A DNA stretch of 64,000 nt from Candidatus Caldarchaeum subterraneum. GTDB lineage: Archaea; Thermoproteota; Nitrososphaeria_A; Caldarchaeales; Caldarchaeaceae. The position numbers and the translations under genes were made by a program. Location of the stretch: NCBI GenBank assembly GCA_000270325.1, contig BA000048.1:1346700-1410699 (forward strand), in the 5' to 3' direction. Positions 46,156 through 55,928 of this stretch are shown piece by piece (position 1 is the first letter of the stretch; each line of letters starts with the position of its first letter). The notes under the pieces are model-generated. The model was not told the DNA's origin. It saw nothing but the letters and a program-made list of their open reading frames with translations, and searched no databases.

Positions 46156-47681
46156 TGTATCGACAGGCTTGCTGGGATGAGAAACTCGTCTACGAGTTGT
46201 CGAGGCCCGGCGTCACAGGGTTCACGGCGCCAATCAATCCACAAATGGTTAGAGAAGCGGGTGAGAGAAACCTCGGCAAAATTCCGAAAAAACTTCTCAG
46301 AGACAACCTGAACCTGCCAGAGCTCTCCGAGCTGACTGTGGTGAGGCACTTTACCCGCCTAAGCCAGATGAATTACAGCATATCCACAGGCTTCTATCCA
46401 CTCGGCAGCTGCACCATGAAGTACAACCCCGTAGTCAACAACCAATTGGCCGAGCAGGTGGCCGACATTCATCCACTCCAGCCAGCGGAAACCGTGCAGG
46501 GGTGTCTCGAGATTTTATACAACCTTGAGCAGGCTCTGAAGACGTTGACCGGCATGGATGCTTTCTCTATGGTTCCAGCGGCAGGCGCACACGGGGAGCT
46601 GGTTGGATGCCTAATCATCAGAGCATACCATAGTGAGAAAGAGGGTAAGCCGAGGCCGAAAATCATCGTCCCAGACTCAGCCCATGGAACAAACCCGGCG
46701 AGCGCAGCCATGGCGGGCTTCGAGGTATCGGTTGTGAGAACACGCGAAGATGGATGCGTCGACCTCGAGATGCTCGAGAAAATGGTGGACGGCGACATAG
46801 CCGGCATCATGCTGACAAACCCCAACACCGTAGGATTGTTCGAGAAAGACATCGAGGATATTGTCCGAATCATGCATCAAAACGACTCCCTGCTATATTA
46901 TGACGGTGCAAACCTCAACGCCATAGTAGGCGTCGCGAGGCCGGGAGACATGGGCTTCGACATAGTCCATCTCAACCTTCACAAAACCTTCTCCACACCC
47001 CATGGAGGAGGAGGCCCCGGAGCAGGCCCAGTCGGAGTCGTCGCCAAGCTAGCTAAATACTTGCCTCCGCCGAGAGTTGTGAAAAACGCCGACGGCCGAT
47101 ATGTGTTGGACAACGGGGGTTCATCGAGCATAGGTCCTGTCAAGCTTTTCACCGGGAACTTCGCGGTTCTCCTACGTGCATACGCTTACATTCTTGCGAT
47201 GGGTGGTGAAGGTTTGAGGCGGTCAGCCCTCTACGCAGTCACAGCCTCAAATTATTTGCTGAGCAAGGTGAGGCAGCTGCGGGGCGTCACACTTCCCTAC
47301 GACCCATCACGTCCAAGGAAACACGAGTTCGTGGTTAGCCTCGCCAAGCTGAGAAAAGAGACAGGGCTAGGCGCGCTTGAGGTCGCTAAACGTCTCCTCG
47401 ACTATGGTGTCCATGCTCCCACGATATATTTCCCACTGATTGTTGAGGAGGCTTTCATGGTTGAGCCGACAGAGACAGAGAGCAAAGAAACGCTGGACAA
47501 TTTCTACGAAGTCTTGTCCAAGGTGGTGCAGGAATGTTATGAATCTCCCCATCTTGTCAAGTCGGCGCCCCACAACACATCGGTTGGCCGCATAAACGAG
47601 GCCAAGGCCTCCCACCCAATACACTTAACCCTCAGCATACGTATGCAGAGGAGGAAGAATGAACAAGATACCTCTACTTGA
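46155..47681 (+). CDS. gcvPB: Glycine dehydrogenase (decarboxylating) subunit 2
   Basis: GSCTMKYNP and the PLP-lysine region NLHKTFSTPHGGGGPG. Confidence 0.9.
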   Translation: MYRQACWDEKLVYELSRPGVTGFTAPINPQMVREAGERNLGKIPKKLLRDNLNLPELSELTVVRHFTRLSQMNYSISTGFYPLGSCTMKYNPVVNNQLAEQVADIHPLQPAETVQGCLEILYNLEQALKTLTGMDAFSMVPAAGAHGELVGCLIIRAYHSEKEGKPRPKIIVPDSAHGTNPASAAMAGFEVSVVRTREDGCVDLEMLEKMVDGDIAGIMLTNPNTVGLFEKDIEDIVRIMHQNDSLLYYDGANLNAIVGVARPGDMGFDIVHLNLHKTFSTPHGGGGPGAGPVGVVAKLAKYLPPPRVVKNADGRYVLDNGGSSSIGPVKLFTGNFAVLLRAYAYILAMGGEGLRRSALYAVTASNYLLSKVRQLRGVTLPYDPSRPRKHEFVVSLAKLRKETGLGALEVAKRLLDYGVHAPTIYFPLIVEEAFMVEPTETESKETLDNFYEVLSKVVQECYESPHLVKSAPHNTSVGRINEAKASHPIHLTLSIRMQRRKNEQDTST

Positions 47682-48741
47682 TTTTCATGAGAAGACTGCG
47701 AAGGAGCTGGGTGAGTTCGCTGGCTGGCGGACTGTAATCACCTTCTCCTCCCTCCGCGAGGAACACGAAGCCGTTAGAAAAGACGCTGGCATATTTGACA
47801 TAAGCCACATGACTCGAACTAAGATTTCCGGGCCACATGCTACTAAGTTTCTGCAAGAGGTTCTGACAATAGATGTCGAGAAGCTGAAGCCCGGGCGGAT
47901 GAAGTATGGGTTGATTCTTAACATGGATGGAGGCATCATAGACGATGTGACGGTCTACAAGGTGACGGATGATAGTTATCTCATGGTTTCAAACGCCTTG
48001 ACGAGGGTCCGTGTGCTCGGGTGGTTGAGGGAAAAAATGGATGGCGAGGTGTTGGTTGAAGACATCACGGAGAGCAGCGCATTCTTCGCTGTGCAGGGCC
48101 CACATTCGTCCTCTTATGTTTCGAGCCTGGTTGGTGCTGTTTCTGGTTTTAAGTGGTTTGAAGGCGGGTTCAGGACCGTGGACGACTGCAGGCTACTGGT
48201 GACACGAAGCGGCTACACGGGAGGAGACGGATACGAGTTGATGACTCTATGCGGAGAAGAGCAGCTCTATGAGAAAGTTTGGTCATTCTTTACGGAAAAA
48301 GGAGTTAGGCCATGCGGGCTGGCTTGCCGCGACGTCTGCAGAATAGAGGCAGGCTTCCCGCTTTATGGTCAAGATTTTGACGAGAAAAACGACCCACTCG
48401 AAGCGGGGCTTTTCTGGGCTGTCAAAATGGATAAACCGTTTTTCATCGGAAAAGAGGCGTTGGAGAAAAAACAAGCCACAGGCCCAGTCAAAAAACTCTC
48501 GTTAATCGAGATGGTGGACCAGGGTGTGCCGCGGCCGGGCTACAAGGTGTATGTGGGGGATGTTGAGGCTGGTGTTGTGACAAGCGGTTGTCTATCGCCG
48601 ATGATTAACAGGGGGGTTTGCCTTGCGTATCTTCCGCCCTCGCTTCAGGTTGATGGTTACGAGGTATATGTTGATGTTAGAGGTCGTCGCCGCAAAGCGG
48701 TTGTCAGGACTAAGCCGTTGATAAGCTTGTCGCGGCCCTAG
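47659..48741 (+). CDS. gcvT: Aminomethyltransferase (glycine cleavage T protein)
   Basis: HEAVRKDAGIFDISHM, SGYTGGDGYEL and LRIEAGFPLYG-like motifs. Confidence 0.9.
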   Translation: MNKIPLLDFHEKTAKELGEFAGWRTVITFSSLREEHEAVRKDAGIFDISHMTRTKISGPHATKFLQEVLTIDVEKLKPGRMKYGLILNMDGGIIDDVTVYKVTDDSYLMVSNALTRVRVLGWLREKMDGEVLVEDITESSAFFAVQGPHSSSYVSSLVGAVSGFKWFEGGFRTVDDCRLLVTRSGYTGGDGYELMTLCGEEQLYEKVWSFFTEKGVRPCGLACRDVCRIEAGFPLYGQDFDEKNDPLEAGLFWAVKMDKPFFIGKEALEKKQATGPVKKLSLIEMVDQGVPRPGYKVYVGDVEAGVVTSGCLSPMINRGVCLAYLPPSLQVDGYEVYVDVRGRRRKAVVRTKPLISLSRP

Positions 48742-49525
48742 AGAGAGCAGTCAGTTGTTTGACACGTTTGTCCAGCGGATAGCCTATGAAGATGTCTATG
48801 TTGTTCTCAGACAAATTCCGCAGTAGTTGGGCGAATTCGCCGGGTGGCCCTGTGTATACGAACTGCCGCCACGCTTCATCTATGTTTTTGTTTCCGACAC
48901 GTCTCGAGACATAGGCATTAACCTTCTCCGCCACCTCTCTCGGCAGCTCTTCGCCGAAAAAGTAGGGAACATAAACAGCTTTTCGTAAACCATTAAGAGT
49001 ATAAAGCCTTGTCTCCTCGAGTAGGCGGGGTGTCATGAGCATCACTGGGACGGCCCGGTAATTCGCCGCTATTTTCGCCGCCGTTTTCTCGACACGCTCG
49101 GTCCCGACCATCAACAGGTTAAACCGGCATTTTCTACGAAATGCTTCCGCGGCCTCGAGCAACAACCTGCCTGCCCTCCGCGATTTTTCCTCCGCTGTAA
49201 GGTATGCGGAGTTTCCTGCGACAAGGCAAACACCACCGAACCCCTCTTGGCCCAACACATCGATTACAGTGTCAAGCCTTTCCCAACAATCGCTGCGCCT
49301 AACAGGAACAGTGATAACCGGCTCCGGGAAACCGAGAAGTTTACAGACCGAGATAAGTTGCTCGAAATCCTTCAACGACAAGTCATCAGCAGCTCTCTCC
49401 GAGTCGACTACGAGGTACCTGTATCCAAGCCGTGTCAAAACCTTCGCATAAAATATGGATGTCTCGAGCTTGTTTTCGCCTAATAGGCTGGGCTTAAACG
49501 CTGCGCCCAGCTGGAAGGCCACCAC
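48710..49525 (-). CDS. Hypothetical protein, possibly a divergent methylenetetrahydrofolate-reductase-like TIM barrel
   Basis: Only weak resemblance by eye to MetF (GVCLVAGN vs ALRGD; C-terminal IDIFIGYPLD vs FHFYTLN). Supported only by context next to gcvT. Confidence 0.3.
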   Translation of the reverse strand: MVAFQLGAAFKPSLLGENKLETSIFYAKVLTRLGYRYLVVDSERAADDLSLKDFEQLISVCKLLGFPEPVITVPVRRSDCWERLDTVIDVLGQEGFGGVCLVAGNSAYLTAEEKSRRAGRLLLEAAEAFRRKCRFNLLMVGTERVEKTAAKIAANYRAVPVMLMTPRLLEETRLYTLNGLRKAVYVPYFFGEELPREVAEKVNAYVSRRVGNKNIDEAWRQFVYTGPPGEFAQLLRNLSENNIDIFIGYPLDKRVKQLTALSRAATSLSTA

Positions 49526-49655
49526 CTCTCTGGAAGACGTCCACCTCCAGCCACTCCACGCACCTCAAAAAATCAGCATGAATACAGTATTTAAGAATTT
49601 TCAGAAGACCTTATGCAAAGCTGGTTTTTATTTAATCATGGGCACTTATTCTGGG

Positions 49656-50990
49656 ATGCGCGAAGAAGACCTCGAGAGAGCAATCCTTGAGAGGAACCCT
49701 TCGCTGGACAAGTCGGCTCTAGACAAAATGGTTGATGAGAAGCTTCGGAGCTCGCCTTTTCTAACGAGGCGTGGAGCCCTGTTGATATTACTCGAAGAGA
49801 TGAGAATCGCTCAGGAGCTCATATCAGAGAAGGACTTCGGCGAATATCTCCAGCTGAAAAACATCACTCCAGGTCTTCAAAACATCAACATCGTTGGAAG
49901 AGTTGTCGGAAAAAGGACTGGTGTCTCGCAGGATGGACGAGCATACATCGTGCTAAAGCTATCAGACGGCACAGGTTCGGTAGAAGTTTTGGGAGACGTC
50001 GCAGATGTTCTGCGGGAGATACGGGTAGGAGATGTTCTGGCCGCCCACGGCTGCACCGTAGTCAGGAAAAACAACAAGATAACAATCCGTATGTCTCCCA
50101 CCACAGTCATAAAGAAAGATGCAGCAGACACCCCTTCTCTTGAAAATCTTGTAAAGCCTTTGAATGAGGCCGCCGAAGATGAGAGCTCTGACACCTGGGG
50201 TGTTGTTGTTTATGACACAGGCCCACGGGAAAGCGGAGACGGAATCATTTTGAACGATGTGATTGTCACCGATGGAGAAAGAATTTACCTGCTTCATGCA
50301 TATAGAGAGCATGCTTCTTTTTTCATAGGCGCCCGCGGGAAGAAATTTGTAGCCGCCAACCTCCAGCGCCGCGGAAAGGAGTTTTTCACATCTTACGACA
50401 CATGCATAGAGTATGTTGGCGAAGACAATTCACTTGTTGAACGAGTGCTGGAAAAAGCGGGGAATGCTAGGGCACGTCCTGTGGCACGTTGCTTCGACGG
50501 AGTCACCGTCCTATGGGACGGGAAAAAACTTTACAGAGCGCCCCAGCTGGAGAACGTTTCTCATGATGTTTTTTGCAGAAACGTGTTTGTTCTCGACTTG
50601 AGCAGCGTGCCACACATCTACTGTGAAAACTATGAGCCTGTAGACGAGTCGAGTGAGTTTGGAGAGTTGCCTTTGTTTGGAGGCGAGCTTGAATCTTTTG
50701 ACGGAAGACTTGTCGACGTTTGTCTACAGGCGGAGCTCCTGAGGAAAACACAGCTATCCATGGTTGAGACACGGTTTGGCGCACGACAGCTAATACGCTT
50801 CTGGCTCAAGGTTAGAGACAAAATCTACAGCGGAGCCGCATGGGGCCCAATATCGGAGAAAGTCAACGAGCTAAAAGAAGGAGAACCGCTAACCTTGGTC
50901 TTTCCACTGATAAAGAAAAATCAATTCGGCGAATCCGAGGTTCACTTCGACAGATTCACTGCTATCCTGTGGAGAGAAAAAACAAGTTAA
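49656..50990 (+). CDS. Replication protein A (RPA)-like ssDNA-binding protein with OB folds
   Basis: N-terminal helical module (MREEDLERAILE...RRGALLILLEEMRI), then an OB fold (ITPGLQNINIVGRVVGK...LKLSDGTGSVEVLG...VGDVLAAHGCTVV) and further beta-rich domains. The ATG at 49656 fits the TATA TTTTTATTTAAT at 49626-49637. The track start at 49455 overlaps the divergent gene. Confidence 0.65.
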   Translation: MREEDLERAILERNPSLDKSALDKMVDEKLRSSPFLTRRGALLILLEEMRIAQELISEKDFGEYLQLKNITPGLQNINIVGRVVGKRTGVSQDGRAYIVLKLSDGTGSVEVLGDVADVLREIRVGDVLAAHGCTVVRKNNKITIRMSPTTVIKKDAADTPSLENLVKPLNEAAEDESSDTWGVVVYDTGPRESGDGIILNDVIVTDGERIYLLHAYREHASFFIGARGKKFVAANLQRRGKEFFTSYDTCIEYVGEDNSLVERVLEKAGNARARPVARCFDGVTVLWDGKKLYRAPQLENVSHDVFCRNVFVLDLSSVPHIYCENYEPVDESSEFGELPLFGGELESFDGRLVDVCLQAELLRKTQLSMVETRFGARQLIRFWLKVRDKIYSGAAWGPISEKVNELKEGEPLTLVFPLIKKNQFGESEVHFDRFTAILWREKTS

Positions 50991-51025
50991 ATAGTAAACT
51001 CCAGAAATTAACGAGGAAGACTGAC

Positions 51026-52258
51026 ATGTTGATAATCTGTCTCGTCAAAGGAGTTCCCGCCAAAACCACGCAGGTTGTGACTGTTTCGGGTGTTCTACGT
51101 CGTGAGGAGATGGAGCTTGTCCTCAACCCACATGACGTAAAAGCAGTCGAGGCCGCTTACTATGTTAAGAAAACTGTTGGGGGAAAAATCGTGGCTATGA
51201 CCATGGGCCCCGAGCCCAAGCTCGTCCCCATAATGGCAGACCTCATGGAGCCACGTGAAGAAAGCAAATATGTGCCAAGAATATCCTTCGAAGGGTTTGA
51301 TGAAAGAATAATTCTAAGTGATAGACGCATGGCCGGGGCGGATACCTGGGCCACCTCCTACACTCTCGCCTGCGGAATCAAACGCTATCTGCAGAATCAT
51401 TTTGAAGCCGTCGACAGGCTTAGAGAGGTTGTTGAGAAAGCTTCTGTCACAGAGTCTCTCAAGGTTGCGGAAGAGCTGTATGAACAGAATTATCTCCCAC
51501 ACCATATCTACAGCAAGCTACCGTCTGTGAAGGACAGCGTTTTCTCGCGTTACGCAAGGGGAGAAGTAGGCAAAGAGGAGGTTTTGGCTGAGCTGGAGAA
51601 GTATAGGACTCGGTTGTCAAAATTCATTATTTTGACGGGTATGAAGACCAGCGACGGGGAGACGGGGAATGTTGGGCCGCAGACGGCTGAGGCGTTGAGC
51701 CAGATGCTCGGTGTAACCATACCAAGCATAGCATTTACAAGGGACTTTGAGATTTCGCCGGAGCTTGACCATGTTATGGCGGAGAGGAGAATAGGAAGGG
51801 TTATACAGAGGATGCGGACGGTGCTCCCCTGTCTTCTCACAATTGACCACCATTACGAGTCGAGAACGCCTCCTGCCAGCAGCCAGAGAAAAGCAAGGGC
51901 GCACAGCTATCCGCATAGGATTGACAAGCCACTTGTGTGGAACGCCGACTACATTAACGCCGACCCATCTAAGCTGGGGCTTATGGGTTCTCCGACGATA
52001 GTTGGCCCTGGTTATGAGATAGGCAAGCCTCCTACTCAGAAGTTTGTCGGCGAGACCCTTGTCTTCAAGAAAGATGTTGAGAAGCTTGAGTGGAACGGGA
52101 AAACATATGGCCCGTTCAAGAAAGGCGACCCTGTTAACAACCTTCCAAAAGAGCTTGTCGACTCCCTCACCGCCCAAAAAGTTGTCGACGTGTTTACTCT
52201 TGAAGACCTCGTGGAGGAGGTTTTCGGAGGGGTGAAAGTTGTCGCTCGAGCAGTATAA
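51026..52258 (+). CDS. etfB: Electron transfer flavoprotein beta subunit (FixA/EtfB) with large insertions
   Basis: MLIICLVKGVP...NPHDVKAVEAA...GADTWATSYTLA...ILTGMKTSDGETGNVGPQTAEAL...GLMGSPT. 410 aa counted from the ATG at 51026; the track ORF from 50840 overlaps the RPA gene. Confidence 0.8.
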   Translation: MLIICLVKGVPAKTTQVVTVSGVLRREEMELVLNPHDVKAVEAAYYVKKTVGGKIVAMTMGPEPKLVPIMADLMEPREESKYVPRISFEGFDERIILSDRRMAGADTWATSYTLACGIKRYLQNHFEAVDRLREVVEKASVTESLKVAEELYEQNYLPHHIYSKLPSVKDSVFSRYARGEVGKEEVLAELEKYRTRLSKFIILTGMKTSDGETGNVGPQTAEALSQMLGVTIPSIAFTRDFEISPELDHVMAERRIGRVIQRMRTVLPCLLTIDHHYESRTPPASSQRKARAHSYPHRIDKPLVWNADYINADPSKLGLMGSPTIVGPGYEIGKPPTQKFVGETLVFKKDVEKLEWNGKTYGPFKKGDPVNNLPKELVDSLTAQKVVDVFTLEDLVEEVFGGVKVVARAV

Positions 52259-53333
52259 GGATGTGTGGGCCTACTGCGCCTTGGATAATGGGAGACTTAC
52301 GAGGCCGAGTCTCGAAATCATCGCAGCAGCTCGGAAAGTTGCTGACAAAATTGAGCAGAGAGTTGGAGCCGTTATCATCGGACATGATTTGGACAACGCG
52401 GTAGAGGAGGCAATTGCACGAGGAGCTGACGTTGTCTATTACGCTGACGAGCCCTGGCTAAGGAGCTACCAGTGTCTACCCTACACCCGTATCGTCTGTG
52501 AGATGGTGGAAAAATACAAGCCCTATGCCCTGCTTTTTGTCGCCGACGAACTTGGTCGAGACCTTTCGCCACGTGTCGCCTACAGGCTCAACACCGGTCT
52601 CGCCACAGACAACATAAACCTTGCCGTCGAGGATTACTACTTCGGGCCTCTAAACACAACCTTCAAAAACGTTTTGGCCCAGATCAGACCCGACTTCGCA
52701 ACACGTGTGGCGAAAATCTACACACCCCGCCACAGGCCCCAGATAGCGAGTATTAGGCCCGGGAACTTCGACCCACTGCCCGAGGACAGAAGCAGAATAG
52801 GTGAAAAGATTAGGCTGAGGCCCGAGCCGAACCCTGACGATTTTCTTGTGCAGGTGCTGGAGGAGAGAGAGGTGCCGAAGAGTCCTGTCGAGTTGGAGGA
52901 AGCTAAGGTAGTGGTTAGTATTGGGTTGGGGATACTCAAAGATGGCAGCGGAAACCCCCGCAACCCGAGAGAAGGCTATGAGCTGGCTAAGAAGCTTGTA
53001 GAAGTCATCAAAACACACTTGGGCGTAAAAGCCGAGCTGGGAGCTACCCGTGCGTTGATACACGCGGAGCTGAAGGAGCTGGAGGGTTTGATAACATCGG
53101 AAAGACAGGTTGGGCAGACAGGTAAAACAGTGTCACCAGACATCTACGTAGCTCTCGGGATTAGCGGCTCTGTACAGCACAGAGTGGGCATGATAAAATC
53201 AAAGAAAATAGTTGCTGTCAACACCGACCCAAACGCTCCCATATTCGAAATCGCTCACTACGGTGTCCGGGGAGACCTTTACCAAGTCGTGCCGCGTTTG
53301 ATTGAGTTGATAGAGGGCGGATACAATGGTTGA
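52239..53333 (+). CDS. etfA: Electron transfer flavoprotein alpha subunit (FixB/EtfA)
   Basis: C-terminal FAD-binding motif QVGQTGKTVSPDIYVALGISGSVQHRVGM...IVAVNTDPNAPIF. Confidence 0.9.
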   Translation: MSLEQYKDVWAYCALDNGRLTRPSLEIIAAARKVADKIEQRVGAVIIGHDLDNAVEEAIARGADVVYYADEPWLRSYQCLPYTRIVCEMVEKYKPYALLFVADELGRDLSPRVAYRLNTGLATDNINLAVEDYYFGPLNTTFKNVLAQIRPDFATRVAKIYTPRHRPQIASIRPGNFDPLPEDRSRIGEKIRLRPEPNPDDFLVQVLEEREVPKSPVELEEAKVVVSIGLGILKDGSGNPRNPREGYELAKKLVEVIKTHLGVKAELGATRALIHAELKELEGLITSERQVGQTGKTVSPDIYVALGISGSVQHRVGMIKSKKIVAVNTDPNAPIFEIAHYGVRGDLYQVVPRLIELIEGGYNG

Positions 53334-55014
53334 CAAGTTTGATGTTGTTGTTGTGGGGGCGGGGCCTGCGGGAAGCGCCGCTGCCATTAAACTCGCCCGG
53401 GAAGGGTTTGACGTCCTCGTGCTGGAGAAGGCGCAGCTGCCGGGTCAGAGAAACGTTTCCGGCGGTGTATTGTTCGGCGGCTTTGAGAACGGGCTGGGGC
53501 TCGTTGACCTACTGCCTGAGTTCGAGGAACAGGCGCCAGTTGAGCGGAAAATAGTGGGACATGAGCTTTACATGCTGAGCGAGCCGCGTAAATTGAACGG
53601 TGAAGCGAGTTACCGATACATCAAGCTCGACAAATCCTCTCTCTTCACCAAACTCGGCCTCACCATGCTCGACGCCACTACCGGACATGACTACTCTGTT
53701 TTGAGGACTCGCTTCGACCGATGGTTTGCGGGAGTCGCGACCGAGGAGGGCGCTATGCTTACTACCCGTAAAACCGTCGAGGACCTTATCTGGAAAGATG
53801 GTCGAGTTGTCGGTGTGAAAACCGTTGACGAAGAGGTTTACGCGGACCTGGTGATAGACTGCGGAGGCGTCACCAGCCTACTTCCCGAGAAGGCAGGAAT
53901 AAGGCCAAAGCTCACTCCTGACCAGGTTTACCACGGCGTCAAACACGTCTTCAAAGTCAACCCCGAACGCATAGAAGAATTTTTCGCCACGGGAGATGGC
54001 TACAAATCCGTTTACCTCATCGGTCCGTTTATGCATGGTGTTGTTGGAGGAGGGTTTGTTTACCCGAACCGGGACTCGGTCTCGGTCGGCATAGTCATAG
54101 ACCTCTCATCAGGTATAGAAAAGTTCACTAAAAGTTTCACTGAAGTCGGTAAGCCTCTTGACCTTTTGGAGGAGATGGAGATGCATCCGTTTCTCGGACC
54201 CTTGCTCGAGGGCGCGACCCTCGTTGAATATTCTGCCCACAACATACCGCGTGGCTACAAGATTTTGCCTCAGAAGCCCTACGCACCTGGTTTCCTTATG
54301 GCAGGCGACTCACTCGGCGTCTTCTATAAAATGGGTGCCTTAATCGATGGAATGAGGCCCGCCATAGCCTCGGGAATCGCCGCTGCAAAGACCTTCATAG
54401 AAGCCAAGAAACGCAACGAGTTCGGCGACGCCTCTTTATCTGTTTACCGTGCCTTGCTGGAGCCTCTGTATAGGAGGGTGGAGAAATCGCGGTCGAACAG
54501 TAGGTTGACGGAGGGGCGTTTAGCCTACTCGGTTCTACCATCTATCGGCTTCAGCCTTGGCTTCGGTAAATCTGCGGTGGGCCGGGTGATAAATATGAGA
54601 GATGTGCAGCGGGATTCTGTTCAGAAAATTCAGCAATACATCGGCAAACTCGAGTATCACGAGGACAAGGTGCGTAGCCACATAACGGTGGACGAGGAAG
54701 CCGCCTCTCGAGACCCGTTCAAAGCATGGATACCGCTGTGCCCTGTCAGCTGCTACACCCTTGTAACAGAGAAAGGTGTTTTCTCCAGCTTCAAAGACCT
54801 ATACCTACATAACTTGAGGAAACAGGGTGAAAACTCGGCGGAGGCCGTGAAAAAGGCGCTGGAGACGACTTGGAGCGACATACGTAATGGATTGCTGAAG
54901 TTTGACCATGTGGCATGCGTTGCCTGCGGCACATGCGGAGTCATCGGCCCACCTGAGGTTGTGAGGTTTAGCCACGAGTGGCACGGTCATGGGGTTAAGT
55001 TCAGGTACGGCTAA
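53326..55014 (+). CDS. FixC-like FAD-dependent ETF oxidoreductase fused to a FixX-like ferredoxin
   Basis: FDVVVVGAGPAGSAAA dinucleotide fold. C-terminal CPVSCY...CVACGTCGV...HGHGVKFRYG is FixX-like. Confidence 0.85.
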   Translation: MVDKFDVVVVGAGPAGSAAAIKLAREGFDVLVLEKAQLPGQRNVSGGVLFGGFENGLGLVDLLPEFEEQAPVERKIVGHELYMLSEPRKLNGEASYRYIKLDKSSLFTKLGLTMLDATTGHDYSVLRTRFDRWFAGVATEEGAMLTTRKTVEDLIWKDGRVVGVKTVDEEVYADLVIDCGGVTSLLPEKAGIRPKLTPDQVYHGVKHVFKVNPERIEEFFATGDGYKSVYLIGPFMHGVVGGGFVYPNRDSVSVGIVIDLSSGIEKFTKSFTEVGKPLDLLEEMEMHPFLGPLLEGATLVEYSAHNIPRGYKILPQKPYAPGFLMAGDSLGVFYKMGALIDGMRPAIASGIAAAKTFIEAKKRNEFGDASLSVYRALLEPLYRRVEKSRSNSRLTEGRLAYSVLPSIGFSLGFGKSAVGRVINMRDVQRDSVQKIQQYIGKLEYHEDKVRSHITVDEEAASRDPFKAWIPLCPVSCYTLVTEKGVFSSFKDLYLHNLRKQGENSAEAVKKALETTWSDIRNGLLKFDHVACVACGTCGVIGPPEVVRFSHEWHGHGVKFRYG

Positions 55015-55076
55015 TATTTCTCCAATATTATTGTAGAATAATAACCTATAAATTAAACAACACATATACAGACACC

Positions 55077-55928
55077 ATGACCTATGCAAACCCATCGGTT
55101 CTAACCGAAGTTGAATGGCTCAAAGCCAACCTCGGCAAATCGGGCATAGCAGTTATAGAGGTCGACTACGACCCGAAGCTGGCGTATGAACAGGGGCACA
55201 TCCCCGGTGCTCTGCTGATAGATTGGAGAAGGGACATGAACAAGCCCAATGAGAGGGACATCATAGGCCCTGAGGAGTTTGAGAAACTCATGAGCAGACT
55301 CGGAGTCTCAAACGATACACACGTTATCCTCTACGGCGACTACAACAACTGGTTCGCAACTTTTGCCTTCTGGGTCTTCGAAATTTATGGACACAAGAAA
55401 GTCCAGATACTCAACGGTGGAAGAAAAAAATGGATAGACTCGGGCGGAGAGCTGACAAAGGAGGTTCCAACACCCAAGCCCGCGGTTTACAAGGTTGAGA
55501 AGGTCAACTACGCGAACCGCGTCTTTCTTGACGAGCTTCTCAGAGAGAAGGTTGGTAAAGCCGACCTCGTGCTTGTCGACGTCCGCTCACCCGCCGAGTT
55601 CACAGGCGAGATAACCGCTCCACCAGAGTATCCCAACGAGCATGCACAGCGAGGAGGCCACATCCCAGGAGCCATAAACATCCCATGGGGACAAGCCATC
55701 AGAGAAGACGGCACCTTCAAGTCAGCTGAGGAGCTCAAACAGCTTTACACCTCAAAAGGTGTGACACCAGACAAGGACGTGGTGACATACTGCCGCATCG
55801 GTGAGCGGGCCAGCGTAACGTGGTTTGTCCTCAAACATCTACTAGGATATCCGAGGGTAAGAGTTTACGACGGCAGCTGGACTGAATGGGGAAACCTAGT
55901 CCGTTTCCCAATTGAGCGACAGCGTTGA
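55077..55928 (+). CDS. Tandem-rhodanese thiosulfate/3-mercaptopyruvate sulfurtransferase
   Basis: Two rhodanese domains, GHIPGA twice, and active-site loop YCRIGERAS. Confidence 0.9.
   Translation: MTYANPSVLTEVEWLKANLGKSGIAVIEVDYDPKLAYEQGHIPGALLIDWRRDMNKPNERDIIGPEEFEKLMSRLGVSNDTHVILYGDYNNWFATFAFWVFEIYGHKKVQILNGGRKKWIDSGGELTKEVPTPKPAVYKVEKVNYANRVFLDELLREKVGKADLVLVDVRSPAEFTGEITAPPEYPNEHAQRGGHIPGAINIPWGQAIREDGTFKSAEELKQLYTSKGVTPDKDVVTYCRIGERASVTWFVLKHLLGYPRVRVYDGSWTEWGNLVRFPIERQR

Noticed and set aside
50840-51025. N-terminal extensions proposed by the ORF track (50840 for etfB, 59396 for glmS, 49455 for RPA, 43608 for JAMM, 39165 for pstS)
   Set aside because: The extensions overlap upstream genes or promoters, or contradict family N-termini (GlmS must start Met-Cys; EtfB starts MLIICLVKG). 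Internal ATGs fit TATA spacing.
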